The notes under the pieces are model-generated. The model had not been told where the DNA came from and made no database searches. It saw only the letters and a program-made list of their open reading frames with translations. Positions 6,679 through 15,057 of a stretch of DNA of 19,539 nt are shown here, piece by piece. Position numbers and translations under genes: made by a program. The DNA is from Alphaproteobacteria bacterium. GTDB taxonomy: Bacteria; Pseudomonadota; Alphaproteobacteria; CAAHEQ01; UBA3637. Position 1 is the stretch's first letter; the number at the start of each line of letters is the position of its first letter. The stretch spans positions 1 through 19,539 of the forward strand of contig JAZUQR010000001.1 of assembly GCA_045605805.1 (NCBI GenBank), read 5' to 3'.

Positions 6679-8667
6679 ATGAGTGATTTATTTGAAGCGA
6701 CAGATACAAAAAACACCTACTCGGCCAAAGATATTGAAGTTTTGGAAGGCTTGGAACCTGTGCGCAAACGCCCAGGGATGTATATTGGCGGCATTGATGA
6801 GCGAGCCTATCATCACTTGGTGGCCGAAATCATTGATAATGCAATGGATGAAGCTGTGGCCGGTTATGCCACAAACATTGAGGTGAGTTTGGATGCAGAA
6901 AACTATGTGACTGTGCGGGACAACGGTCGGGGGATTCCTGTGGACCCACACCCAAAGTTTCCAGACAAATCGGCTTTGGAGGTGATTACAACAACTTTGC
7001 ACTCTGGCGGTAAGTTTGGCGGAGGGGCTTATAATGTGTCCGGTGGGTTGCATGGTGTTGGGCTTTCAGCTGTGAATGCTTTATCCAGCCACATGGTTAT
7101 TGAAGTGGCCAAAGACAAAAAACTTTATCGCCAAGAATACAGCAAAGGCAAGCCAACAACTGCTTTGGAATGTGTGGGGGCTGTGGCCAATCGCCGTGGT
7201 ACGAGTGTACGCTTTTTACCCGACACAGAAATCTTTGGCGAAACCATTCGCTTTAAGCCATCCACTTTGTTCCGTATGGCTCGACAAAAGGCCTTTTTAT
7301 TCCGTGGGGTGGAGGTGCGATGGAACTGTGCACCTGAGTTGATTCAAGGCGAAGACAAAACGCCAACCGAACAGATTTTGAAGTTTCCAAACGGTATTGC
7401 TGATTATTTAGACTTTTTGATGAAAGACCGTTCTTTGGTGACAAAACCCTTTACCGGTCGGGTGGAGTTCCCAGACAATCAAGGGGCGGTGGAATGGGCG
7501 ATTTGTTGGCCAAACGATTTTGGTGATGCCTTTGAACAATCATATTGCAACACTGTGTCAACCCCATTGGGCGGTACGCATATCACCGGTATGAAAACCT
7601 GTTTGACAAAAGGTTTGAAGGCTTTTGCCGATATGATTGGCAACAAGCGGGCTTCGGATGTGACGACAGATGACATTTTAAGCACTGCTGGTGTGATGCT
7701 TTCTGTGTTTATTCGTGATCCACAATTTCAAGGGCAAACAAAAGAACGCTTGGTGACAACCAGTGCCATGAAGTTGGTTGAAAATGCCATGAAAGATCCG
7801 TTTGACCTTTGGCTGAGTCGGGACACCAAATCCGCCAGTGCTTTGTTGGAATGGATTATTGAACGCTTAGAAGAAAGAAAACGCCACAAAAAAGCCGTTG
7901 AAACACAGCGAGCCAGTGCGACAAAAAAATTGCGCCTTCCTGGGAAATTGGCTGATTGTTCTCACAAATCGGTTGAAGGAACAGAATTGTTTTTAGTGGA
8001 AGGAGATTCGGCTGGTGGCTCGGCCAAACAGGCTCGCAATCGGATGCAACAAGCTATTTTACCTTTGCGGGGGAAAATCTTAAATGTTATTTCCGCCAGT
8101 CAAGATAAAATTCGGGCCAATGAAGAAATCAATGATATTATTGAAGCGTTGGGCTGTGGTCATCGGGACAAATATGATGAAAGCAAATTGCGTTATGACA
8201 AGGTGATTGTGATGACAGATGCTGATGTGGACGGGGCGCATATTGCCAGTTTGTTGATGAGTTTCTTTTACCAAGAAATGCCCAAACTGATTGAAAACGG
8301 TCATTTGTTTTTGGCCTTGCCTCCACTGTATCGCCTGACACAAGGTGGTAAATCAGTTTATGCACAAGATGATGCCGAAAAAGACAGACTTTTATCCACA
8401 ACTTTCAAAGGCAAAAATGTGGAGGTTTCCCGATTTAAGGGCTTGGGCGAAATGCCCCCTCATCAATTAAAAGAAACAACGATGGATCCACAAAAACGCA
8501 CTCTTTTGAAGGTGATGATTCCAAATAAAGACAGTTCCTCAGAGGAAGAACAAGAGGAATCGCTGTACACGAAGGAAATTGTTGCCAAGTTGATGGGGAC
8601 TAAGCCCGAATATCGTTTTCAATTTATTCAAGAACATGCTAAGTTTGTTGAAAATCTGGATATTTAG
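6679..8667 (+). CDS. parE: DNA topoisomerase IV subunit B
   Basis: GHKL motifs (EIIDNAMDE, DNGRGIP, SGGLHGVG), TOPRIM motifs (LFLVEGDSAGGSAKQAR, PLRGKILN, MTDADVDG) and RFKGLGEM. At 662 aa it lacks the proteobacterial GyrB insertion; LEGLEPVRKRPGMYIGG and QLKETTMDP are ParE-like. Confidence 0.92.
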   Translation: MSDLFEATDTKNTYSAKDIEVLEGLEPVRKRPGMYIGGIDERAYHHLVAEIIDNAMDEAVAGYATNIEVSLDAENYVTVRDNGRGIPVDPHPKFPDKSALEVITTTLHSGGKFGGGAYNVSGGLHGVGLSAVNALSSHMVIEVAKDKKLYRQEYSKGKPTTALECVGAVANRRGTSVRFLPDTEIFGETIRFKPSTLFRMARQKAFLFRGVEVRWNCAPELIQGEDKTPTEQILKFPNGIADYLDFLMKDRSLVTKPFTGRVEFPDNQGAVEWAICWPNDFGDAFEQSYCNTVSTPLGGTHITGMKTCLTKGLKAFADMIGNKRASDVTTDDILSTAGVMLSVFIRDPQFQGQTKERLVTTSAMKLVENAMKDPFDLWLSRDTKSASALLEWIIERLEERKRHKKAVETQRASATKKLRLPGKLADCSHKSVEGTELFLVEGDSAGGSAKQARNRMQQAILPLRGKILNVISASQDKIRANEEINDIIEALGCGHRDKYDESKLRYDKVIVMTDADVDGAHIASLLMSFFYQEMPKLIENGHLFLALPPLYRLTQGGKSVYAQDDAEKDRLLSTTFKGKNVEVSRFKGLGEMPPHQLKETTMDPQKRTLLKVMIPNKDSSSEEEQEESLYTKEIVAKLMGTKPEYRFQFIQEHAKFVENLDI

Positions 8668-8675
8668 GAGGAACG

Positions 8676-9221
8676 ATGGCACAAACTATTACTCTTTCGG
8701 GTTCGGTTGGAAGCGGTAAATCTACCGTGGCAAAGATGTTGGCCAAAAAGTTGGGATGGGAATACTATTCCACAGGTATGGCTCAGCGCAAAATTGCCGA
8801 AGAAATGGGCCTTACCACTTTGGAATTAAACCGTTTAACCATTCAAGATAAATCCATTGACGAGCGCATTGATGCAGTTTTTAAGAACCCGCCTTGGGAG
8901 GGAAAAAACTGCGTGGTGGATTCTCGCCTTGCCTTTCACTTTGTGCCAAAATCTTTTAAGGTTTGTTTGGTGGTTAAGGATGAAGTGGCCGGCGCACGCA
9001 TTTTTTCCGATACAAACCGTTCGGGTGAGAAGGCTTATGCAACGGTTGAAGAAGCCACTTTGGCGGCCGTCAAGCGTCACGAATTGGAATTGGAACACTT
9101 TATGAAAAATTACCAATTGGATATTGATGACAAAAGTAATTTTGATTTGATTATTGACACAACTCATTTAACACCGGAACAAGTGTGTCAAGCCATTTTG
9201 GTCACCTTAAAAAGTGTGTAG
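8676..9221 (+). CDS. cmk: Cytidylate kinase, short archaeal-type family
   Basis: AGGAGG SD; ITLSGSVGSGKSTVAKMLAKKLG P-loop; STGxxxRxIAEEMG, IDERID, VVDSRLA and FDLIIDT; 181 aa. Confidence 0.8.
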   Translation: MAQTITLSGSVGSGKSTVAKMLAKKLGWEYYSTGMAQRKIAEEMGLTTLELNRLTIQDKSIDERIDAVFKNPPWEGKNCVVDSRLAFHFVPKSFKVCLVVKDEVAGARIFSDTNRSGEKAYATVEEATLAAVKRHELELEHFMKNYQLDIDDKSNFDLIIDTTHLTPEQVCQAILVTLKSV

Positions 9222-9222
9222 G

Positions 9223-9993
9223 CTATCTTGATTTTTTTTTGAATCTGGCTCGGGTCATTTGCTGGATGGCATGAGCCATTTGTTCCCTTTGCATATGTTG
9301 TTGAAACAACCGTGCGTTCGCTGTTTGGTTTTGTTCGGTTAAAGTACGATGGGTTTCGTACAAAAGGGCCCGAAAGTTTTTCAACAAATCTTTATCACGG
9401 GGTGTTTTACCAAAAGATTTCAAAAAGCCTTCCAGATTCTTTGGATTTTCCAAAATGCTGAGCAACATACTTTTTTCCGAACTGTCCAACACTTGAAATA
9501 AATTACAAAGCAAGGTTTTAGTGACACCGTCCAGCGGGCTGTCACCGCCAATTACTTCCAACAACTTGATAAACTCTTGAACCTCGGCCGATTCTTCCCG
9601 CCTGCGCATGGCCAATTTGGCTCGTTGGGCGAGACGCATCAAACTGAACGGGGTGATTTTATCCATTTTTTCCGAAAAAAGTTGCGCCCCTGTTTGTTCC
9701 AAGATAGATACAAACATTTTTTGCGAGGATAAATCCATTTCCAAAAAAGCCTGTTTCATTTGATTGATAAGCCCCTGTGGCAACATTTGCCCTTCCAACA
9801 AGGCCAACCCTTCCTCCACCACATCCTGTTTTTTCCCTTGACAGGCGGCACATTTTAACACCTTTTTTGCCCCATCCATTCCCAAAAATGTGGCATATTT
9901 TTCACAAAAAAACGGCATGGTTTTGGGTAAAAAAGCTCTGTACCCCAGAAAGGGACAATTTATCGGACAAAGTTTTTCTTTTTGATTCATCAT
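9223..9993 (-). CDS. Hypothetical protein with N-terminal Cys cluster and helical body, 256 aa
   Basis: Long ORF filling the gap between cmk and radC. CPINC...FCEKY...CAAC N-terminus; Q-rich basic C-terminus. Family not recognised. Confidence 0.8.
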   Translation of the reverse strand: MMNQKEKLCPINCPFLGYRAFLPKTMPFFCEKYATFLGMDGAKKVLKCAACQGKKQDVVEEGLALLEGQMLPQGLINQMKQAFLEMDLSSQKMFVSILEQTGAQLFSEKMDKITPFSLMRLAQRAKLAMRRREESAEVQEFIKLLEVIGGDSPLDGVTKTLLCNLFQVLDSSEKSMLLSILENPKNLEGFLKSFGKTPRDKDLLKNFRALLYETHRTLTEQNQTANARLFQQHMQREQMAHAIQQMTRARFKKKSR

Positions 9994-9999
9994 AATTTG

Positions 10000-10028
10000 A
10001 GACTAGCACCCTTTCAATGAAAAAACAA
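10000..10028 (-). promoter_or_regulatory. Promoter predicting a leaderless transcript of 9223..9993
   Basis: TTGTTT (10028-10023), 17 bp spacer, TGc-TAGTCT (10005-10000), 6 nt, ATG 9993. No SD between the -10 and the ATG. Confidence 0.55.
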
Positions 10029-10039
10029 GAGAAAATTTA

Positions 10040-10759
10040 TCAATCTGTTAAAATCCCTTGCGCCCGCATAGAGGATACTTTTCTGTTTTGCCCCACAATT
10101 AAATGTTCGGCAAGTCGTATCCCTGTTGGTTTTAAGATTTGGGCAATGGCAGAGGTTGTTTTGATATCATCGCCTGATGGTTCTACTTCGCCAGAGGGAT
10201 GATTGTGAACCAATATCACCTGTGAAGCATTCAGATTGAGGGCCTCTTTCAAAATCTCTCTGGGACTTACCGCCACATGGCTTGCCTCTCCTGTTTTTTC
10301 TTTTTGAGATTGAATCAACCTTGATTTTGAATCCAAATAAAAAACATACAGAATCTCTCGTTTTTCACCAACATATAAGGCTGTGACATAATCCAACAAT
10401 CTTTCCCAATTAGACAGAAGGGGCTTTTCTTCCATACGCCCCAATGCCACCGTTTGTGCGACACAGCGTATAATTTCCAAGAAGTGTGCTGTTTTATCTT
10501 TGATACCTGATATTTTCATCAATAATGCTTTTGGGGCATACAAGACCCCTTGAATTGTTTTGAACTCTTTTAACAAGTCTTTCACAATTGGTTTTACATC
10601 TTTGCGAGGAATAGCTCGCATAAGCAGTGCTTCCAACAATTCCTCTTCTGTTAAGGATTCCACTCCCTTGGCGACAAGTTTCTTATCCATACGCTGACGA
10701 TGACCGGTGTACCATGGCTGTTCTTTTTTTGTTCCCAATGTCTCAGTTTTCGCAGACAT
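10040..10759 (-). CDS. radC: RadC / JAB-MPN domain protein (UPF0758)
   Basis: AAGGAG SD; GHRQRM, EELLEALL..IPRKDVKPIVK, HhH-like ISGIKD, and JAB motif E...HNHPSGEVEPSGDD...HLIVG. Confidence 0.93.
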   Translation of the reverse strand: MSAKTETLGTKKEQPWYTGHRQRMDKKLVAKGVESLTEEELLEALLMRAIPRKDVKPIVKDLLKEFKTIQGVLYAPKALLMKISGIKDKTAHFLEIIRCVAQTVALGRMEEKPLLSNWERLLDYVTALYVGEKREILYVFYLDSKSRLIQSQKEKTGEASHVAVSPREILKEALNLNASQVILVHNHPSGEVEPSGDDIKTTSAIAQILKPTGIRLAEHLIVGQNRKVSSMRAQGILTD

Positions 10760-10782
10760 ATTTTCTCCTTAGTTGTATTCAA

Positions 10783-10811
10783 ATGATACATAATTTTTTT
10801 GTAAAAATCAA
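10783..10811 (-). promoter_or_regulatory. Sigma70-type promoter of radC
   Basis: TTGATT (10811-10806), 17 bp spacer, TATCAT (10788-10783). Confidence 0.55.
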
Positions 10812-10885
10812 TTCTATTTTTTTCTTGCTCTTTTGCGTTTTTTTTGTTATCTATTAGAATACTGGGTGTTATCAAAGGGGATTTT

Positions 10886-11800
10886 ATGAAAATTATACAT
10901 TTTGTCTTTTTGTCTTTATCGGCTTATTTATTTTGTACTTCTGTGCGGGCGCAAAGTCCACAGGATTTGAATGATTGTCATCCGCTTATTCAAAATGCTG
11001 AAACAACTTTTGATGCCAATGTTTATCCACAATGTTTTTTTGACGATCTGCCAACGGCTGTTTCCTATTGGGGCCCCATTGCCACCAAAAACAAATGGGC
11101 CAATGCTTTATTTGAGGTTTACAAACGACATAAAGGCTATTACAAAACACAAGATTTTTTACACAAAGCGGCCGAATTATCGCATGCACAGGCCTGTTTA
11201 GAAATGGGTGATTTGATGTTTGAACAAGGCAAAATACCCGAAGCTATGCGTTATTACAATGTGGCCAGTCGGGGTAATCTAACCGATGAAGAACAGGGAA
11301 AAATCACAGGGCGATTGGCGGTTTTATTTGCCAACCCCAACAGTTCTTATTACGATATCCAAAAAGCCCTTCCCTTATTACAGAAGTCTGCTTTACAAAG
11401 GCAGGCTTTACCCAACAACATTTTGGGCACACTTACTTTATTCGGACAAGGCGGTCTTAAACAGGATGCCCAAGAAGCCTTTAAGTATTTTTGGCGAGCC
11501 GTTTTATTGGATTGTCCGGCTGCTCAGGAAAATCTGGGATTCTTTTTAATGGCCAAAGAGAAAAAAATCACAACTCAGGAACTGTTTAACGAGATTTTAC
11601 CCCGCACTTATTCGTGCCAATCCGTTGAACAAAACACTACACAATATCCGCCTTTTCGCTTATCCTTTACACCGCAACAATGTGCTGATATCAATTATTA
11701 TGCGCAAAAATTGTTGGATCCGTCTTTGGATTTTTATGGCAAATCTGAGTGTGGATTCAGTGCGGATATGGCAGACTTGGCTGACTTTTTAACCCAATAA
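10886..11800 (+). CDS. Exported Sel1-like (SLR/TPR) repeat protein, 304 aa
   Basis: Start moved to ATG 10886. Signal peptide MKIIHFVFLSLSAYLFCTSVRA. Sel1-like segments KAAELSHAQACLEMG, DIQKALPLLQKSA and GQGGLKQDAQEAFKYFWRAVLLDCPAAQENLG. Confidence 0.8.
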   Translation: MKIIHFVFLSLSAYLFCTSVRAQSPQDLNDCHPLIQNAETTFDANVYPQCFFDDLPTAVSYWGPIATKNKWANALFEVYKRHKGYYKTQDFLHKAAELSHAQACLEMGDLMFEQGKIPEAMRYYNVASRGNLTDEEQGKITGRLAVLFANPNSSYYDIQKALPLLQKSALQRQALPNNILGTLTLFGQGGLKQDAQEAFKYFWRAVLLDCPAAQENLGFFLMAKEKKITTQELFNEILPRTYSCQSVEQNTTQYPPFRLSFTPQQCADINYYAQKLLDPSLDFYGKSECGFSADMADLADFLTQ

Positions 11801-11808
11801 AAAAGTGC

Positions 11809-11837
11809 TTGCTTTTTGTTGAAAAATATGATATAAT
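11809..11837 (+). promoter_or_regulatory. Sigma70 promoter of rpsF-rpsR-rplI
   Basis: TTGCTT (11809-11814), 17 bp spacer, TGa-TATAAT (11832-11837). Confidence 0.8.
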
Positions 11838-11842
11838 CTCGC

Positions 11843-11959
11843 CATTCCGGTAATCCTTGCCCGTATCCGGAATGCGGGCTATGTTTCAGGCGCTTGCTAT
11901 CATAAGGATACAAACGCATAAACCGAAACGAGAAAAACCATAAGGAGAGGTAAAAAAAT
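11843..11959 (+). promoter_or_regulatory. Structured 5' leader of rpsF, candidate S6:S18 autoregulatory RNA
   Basis: ATCCTTGCCC motif. Hairpin GCCCGTAT (11859-11866)/ATGCGGGC (11872-11879). ATCCTT can pair with AAGGAT (11904-11909) or with the SD-proximal AAGGA. The position matches the known S6:S18 leader class. Confidence 0.5.
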
Positions 11960-12340
11960 ATGCCCTTTTATGAAAATGTATTTATCGCCCGTCAAGACTT
12001 GACACCTGCAAAGGTTAAAGAATTGGCCGATAAGTTTTCTGCCGTTATCAAAGAAAACGGTGGTAATGTTGCAAAAACCGAAGATTGGGGTTTGCGTGAT
12101 TTAGCTTATAAAATTCAAAAAAACCGCAAAGGTTATTACACTTTGTTGGCCATTGATGCGCCTGCAACTGCTGTGATGGAAGTTGAACGCTTGATGCGTT
12201 TAGACGAAAACATTTTGCGTTTCTTAACAGTGAAAGTGGATGCTTTGCAAGAAGGTCCTTCCGCTATGTTGGAAGTGCGCCACAAACGTGCTGCCAAAGA
12301 AGACAAGTTTGAAGTAGAAATTGAGAAAGCTGAGGTGTAA
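11960..12340 (+). CDS. rpsF: 30S ribosomal protein S6
   Basis: [14 protein letters not shown]...[20 protein letters not shown]...[20 protein letters not shown]. Confidence 0.97.
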   Translation: MPFYENVFIARQDLTPAKVKELADKFSAVIKENGGNVAKTEDWGLRDLAYKIQKNRKGYYTLLAIDAPATAVMEVERLMRLDENILRFLTVKVDALQEGPSAMLEVRHKRAAKEDKFEVEIEKAEV

Positions 12341-12341
12341 T

Positions 12342-12563
12342 ATGGAAAAATCTTTTGGATCTCACAGTTGTCCTTTTTGTAAAGACGCCGCAAGAGAAAT
12401 TGATTACAAAGACTTGCGTTTAATTACTCGTTATATTGCAGAACGTGGCAGAATGACACCGGCTCGTGTTTCTGGTTTGTGCGCCAAACATCAACGTGAA
12501 GTGGCCAAAGCAATTAAACGGGCTCGTTTCTTGGCTTTCTTGCCTTTTGTAAGCGAAGAATAA
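12342..12563 (+). CDS. rpsR: 30S ribosomal protein S18 (Zn-ribbon C+ form), 73 aa
   Basis: ATG 12342 after GAGGTG; CPFC...IDYKD...[36 protein letters not shown]. Confidence 0.97.
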   Translation: MEKSFGSHSCPFCKDAAREIDYKDLRLITRYIAERGRMTPARVSGLCAKHQREVAKAIKRARFLAFLPFVSEE

Positions 12564-12573
12564 GGAGGTTTTT

Positions 12574-13125
12574 ATGGAAATTATCTTATTAGAACGCATT
12601 GCAAAACTCGGCCAAATGGGCGATGTTGTGAACGTGAAAAACGGTTATGCTCGGAACTATTTGTTCCCGAAGAAAAAGGCTTTACGCAAAACAAATGACA
12701 ACTTGAAAATGTTTGAAGCAAAACGGGCTGAATATGAAGCTATCAATGCTAAATTAAAAGCCGATGCTGAACAATTGGCAAAAGAATTGAACGGTTTGTC
12801 CGTGACAATCATTCGCCAAGCGGCCGAAACAGGACAATTATACGGTTCTGTGACAGCTCGTGATATTTGCGATGCCATCAATGAAAAAGGCGTGAAAGTG
12901 GAACGTCGCCATGTGGAATTGAATATGCCTTTCAAAGTAATGGGCGTGTTTGATGTGGCCTTAAAGTTGCACCCAGATGTTGAACAAACTGTGCGTGTGA
13001 ACATTGCTCGTTCCGAAGCCGAAGCTCAAAAAGCTGCCCATAAAGCTGATAAAGCTGCTAAGGCCGAAAAGGAAGCCGCAGCTGTTGAAGCCGTTGAAGT
13101 GGTGGAAGAAGCCAAAGCCGAATAA
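12574..13125 (+). CDS. rplI: 50S ribosomal protein L9
   Basis: MEIILLERIAKLGQMGDVVNVKNGYARNYLFP, GQLYGSV, LHPDV; AAGGAGG SD. Confidence 0.97.
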   Translation: MEIILLERIAKLGQMGDVVNVKNGYARNYLFPKKKALRKTNDNLKMFEAKRAEYEAINAKLKADAEQLAKELNGLSVTIIRQAAETGQLYGSVTARDICDAINEKGVKVERRHVELNMPFKVMGVFDVALKLHPDVEQTVRVNIARSEAEAQKAAHKADKAAKAEKEAAAVEAVEVVEEAKAE

Positions 13126-13147
13126 GCAACGCTTTTCAATGCGAATG

Positions 13148-13181
13148 AAAAACGGGAACCGAATTGGCTCCCGTTTTTTTT
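13148..13181 (+). terminator. Intrinsic terminator after rplI (probably bidirectional)
   Basis: AAAAACGGGAACC-GAATT-GGCTCCCGTTTTTTTT, between convergent genes. Confidence 0.8.
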
Positions 13182-13224
13182 AGGTAAAACTTATTTCAAA
13201 ACATATCCATCATAACAGCAACGA

Positions 13225-13950
13225 TTAAGCCACCTTTTTGGTTTGTTCTTTTTTGACTTGATAATTTCTCAAAACCAATTTTTGATACCAGATTGGCCAT
13301 TTTTTCCTTCTATGTTCTGTTTGTTGATTTCTTTGAGGATGCCGATTTAAGTTTTTTTCTGAACTGAAATTTTTGAAAACAGAGCGCAAATCTTTGTGGA
13401 AGCTGTGCGTCAACGACAATCCTCCGCCAGGCTTCCCTCCCTTTCTAATTTCCCTTAAAATACCATTAGATAAGCGAAGAGTCTTTTCCTTTGTTTTATC
13501 AAATAGAGTAGAAGCTGTTTCTTGTACGCCTCCTGCGGTACATAAAATACTGATAATTCCAAAAGCCATTTGCACAGATACACCCGGAATCAGCGTTGGA
13601 AGTGCTGCAAGCGCTGGAACCATAGCAACTCCTCCTGCAAGCAAACCACAAAGACAAAACCCAACTGACCATAGCCCTTTTCTCAAAAGTTCTCGATTAC
13701 CATATTTCTCAGCCGCCAGATGCATGGCATCCACACCTCGGTCAGATTTCCAAAACTCAAATACAGGATCCGTATAATCAAATTCTGCCCCAGCAGAAAC
13801 GGCCTTCAACAAACTGATGGCCGCCTGTTCATTTGTTTCATCGCTTGCGTCACCCATGCGAACCATATACAGTTGTTTCATAGCCGCTTCTTTTAATTTA
13901 TCTATTTTTTTCTTCTTCTTTTGGTACCACCAATTCTTTAATTTTGACAT
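13225..13950 (-). CDS. Hypothetical membrane protein, 241 aa
   Basis: ATG 13950 after AGGGGG. Central hydrophobic hairpin (GLWSVGFCLCGLLAGGVAMVPALAALPTLIPGVSVQMAFGIISILCTAG) with very basic N- and C-termini. Family not recognised. Confidence 0.75.
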   Translation of the reverse strand: MSKLKNWWYQKKKKKIDKLKEAAMKQLYMVRMGDASDETNEQAAISLLKAVSAGAEFDYTDPVFEFWKSDRGVDAMHLAAEKYGNRELLRKGLWSVGFCLCGLLAGGVAMVPALAALPTLIPGVSVQMAFGIISILCTAGGVQETASTLFDKTKEKTLRLSNGILREIRKGGKPGGGLSLTHSFHKDLRSVFKNFSSEKNLNRHPQRNQQTEHRRKKWPIWYQKLVLRNYQVKKEQTKKVA

Positions 13951-14031
13951 CAAACCCCCTAAGATACTCCGTTTTAGTTTAGCACCTTTTCAAATCTTGT
14001 CAATTATAATTTTTAAGAACTGTGCAATTTT

Positions 14032-14223
14032 TTATTGTTCTTCTTGGTCTGAATTTTTTAATACTTCATCCTCAGGTGTTTCGTTTGTATGGACAACATA
14101 AGTTCCTTTTAACCAACGCCCCAAATCAATATCGGCACATTTTTTGCTGCAAAACGGTTGATATTCCAGCGTGGCTTGATTACCACAAATCGGGCATTTT
14201 TTATTTAAGACTGGTGTTGTCAT
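14032..14223 (-). CDS. yacG: DNA gyrase inhibitor YacG, 63 aa
   Basis: CPICG...YQPFCSKKCADIDLGRWLKGTY plus acidic tail. The true start is ATG 14223, 1 nt after the dksA stop; the longer track ORF overlaps dksA. Confidence 0.93.
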   Translation of the reverse strand: MTTPVLNKKCPICGNQATLEYQPFCSKKCADIDLGRWLKGTYVVHTNETPEDEVLKNSDQEEQ

Positions 14224-14224
14224 T

Positions 14225-14644
14225 TTAATCCCTTGGAGCTTGGGTGCGTTCTCTGCGTTCCCTGCGTTCTTGCGCCTCAATACACAGCGTGGCCGTTGGG
14301 CGGGCTTCCAAGCGCAACACACCGATTGGATCGCCTGTTTCCAAGCAATAGCCATAGGTACCGTTATCAATTCTGTCCAAAGCGGCATTGATTTTTTCAA
14401 TCAACTTTCTATCCCGATCACGGGCTTTCATAGCCAACGCCTGTTCAATTTCTTTTGTAGCACGATCATTGATATCCGCTTCTTGCAAATCACTTTCTTG
14501 CAAATCAGTTAAAGCCCGAGCCATACCCCGCAACAAGTTTCTGCGCCAATCAATCAACTTTTGCTTAAAGTATTCCAGTTGGCGTTCACACATATACTCT
14601 TCTTGTTCGGAAGGTCTGTAATTCTTTGGTATTTTCACAGTCAT
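14225..14644 (-). CDS. dksA: RNA polymerase-binding transcription factor DksA (alphaproteobacterial two-Cys type), 139 aa
   Basis: AAGGAGG then ATG 14644; YRPSEQEEYM, coiled-coil tip ADINDRA, RDRDRKLIEKINAAL, YGYCLETGDPIG..RLEARPTATLCIEAQER. Confidence 0.95.
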   Translation of the reverse strand: MTVKIPKNYRPSEQEEYMCERQLEYFKQKLIDWRRNLLRGMARALTDLQESDLQEADINDRATKEIEQALAMKARDRDRKLIEKINAALDRIDNGTYGYCLETGDPIGVLRLEARPTATLCIEAQERRERRERTQAPRD

Positions 14645-14678
14645 TTGGGCCTCCTTTGCTTTTTGGTTATCTTCCTTT

Positions 14679-14707
14679 TTAATACCCGAAAAAACGAATA
14701 AAGTCAA
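14679..14707 (-). promoter_or_regulatory. Putative promoter of dksA-yacG
   Basis: TTGACT (14707-14702), 17 bp spacer, TATTAA (14684-14679). Confidence 0.5.
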
Positions 14708-14715
14708 GTTTTATT

Positions 14716-15051
14716 TTATTTTTCAAGAAAAGCTATATAAGATTCCCACGAACCGTTTGCAACAGCTCTGAGTGCTTTACGGCAATCTTCCTTCGCAATT
14801 TTATTTGCCCTAGTGTGATGACATTTTGTACATTGATGAATAATATATTCTTTACCGCCACGCAATTCAAACGCAACCGGCTTCATCATTCCCAGACAAG
14901 TGGCCGCCCTGTCCCCAGGGTTGATATCCACATGTTTGCTGGCCAAACAGTGGGGGCAATGGTTTGTATAGCCATTACCTGTGACTTTTGCGCCACAAAC
15001 TTCGCAGATAAAATCTTCTTTCGTGCGGGTAAATGTTGCCTGTTTTAACAT
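14716..15051 (-). CDS. RNHCP domain-containing protein (Zn-binding), 111 aa
   Basis: F-x-C-x2-CG...YTNHCPHCLASKHVDINPGDRAATCLGMMKP...HQCTKC...NKIAKED. Start set to ATG 15051 based on promoter position. Confidence 0.88.
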   Translation of the reverse strand: MLKQATFTRTKEDFICEVCGAKVTGNGYTNHCPHCLASKHVDINPGDRAATCLGMMKPVAFELRGGKEYIIHQCTKCHHTRANKIAKEDCRKALRAVANGSWESYIAFLEK

Positions 15052-15057
15052 AGACAA

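Noticed and set aside
6679-8667. gyrB call
   Set aside because: Length, lack of the proteobacterial GyrB insertion and ParE-like termini favour parE.
10040-10759. radC as a marker of a mobile element or a CBASS/ubiquitin-like JAB system
   Set aside because: It is the full-length chromosomal form with N-terminal HhH region; no integrase, E1/E2 or cyclase neighbours.
14224-14400. 122-aa extended YacG or DksA-YacG frameshift fusion
   Set aside because: The extension is an alternative frame of the dksA 3' end; both genes are complete separately and I saw no slippery site.
14225-14644. DksA lacking the four-Cys zinc finger
   Set aside because: Reduced-Cys DksA is normal in alphaproteobacteria.
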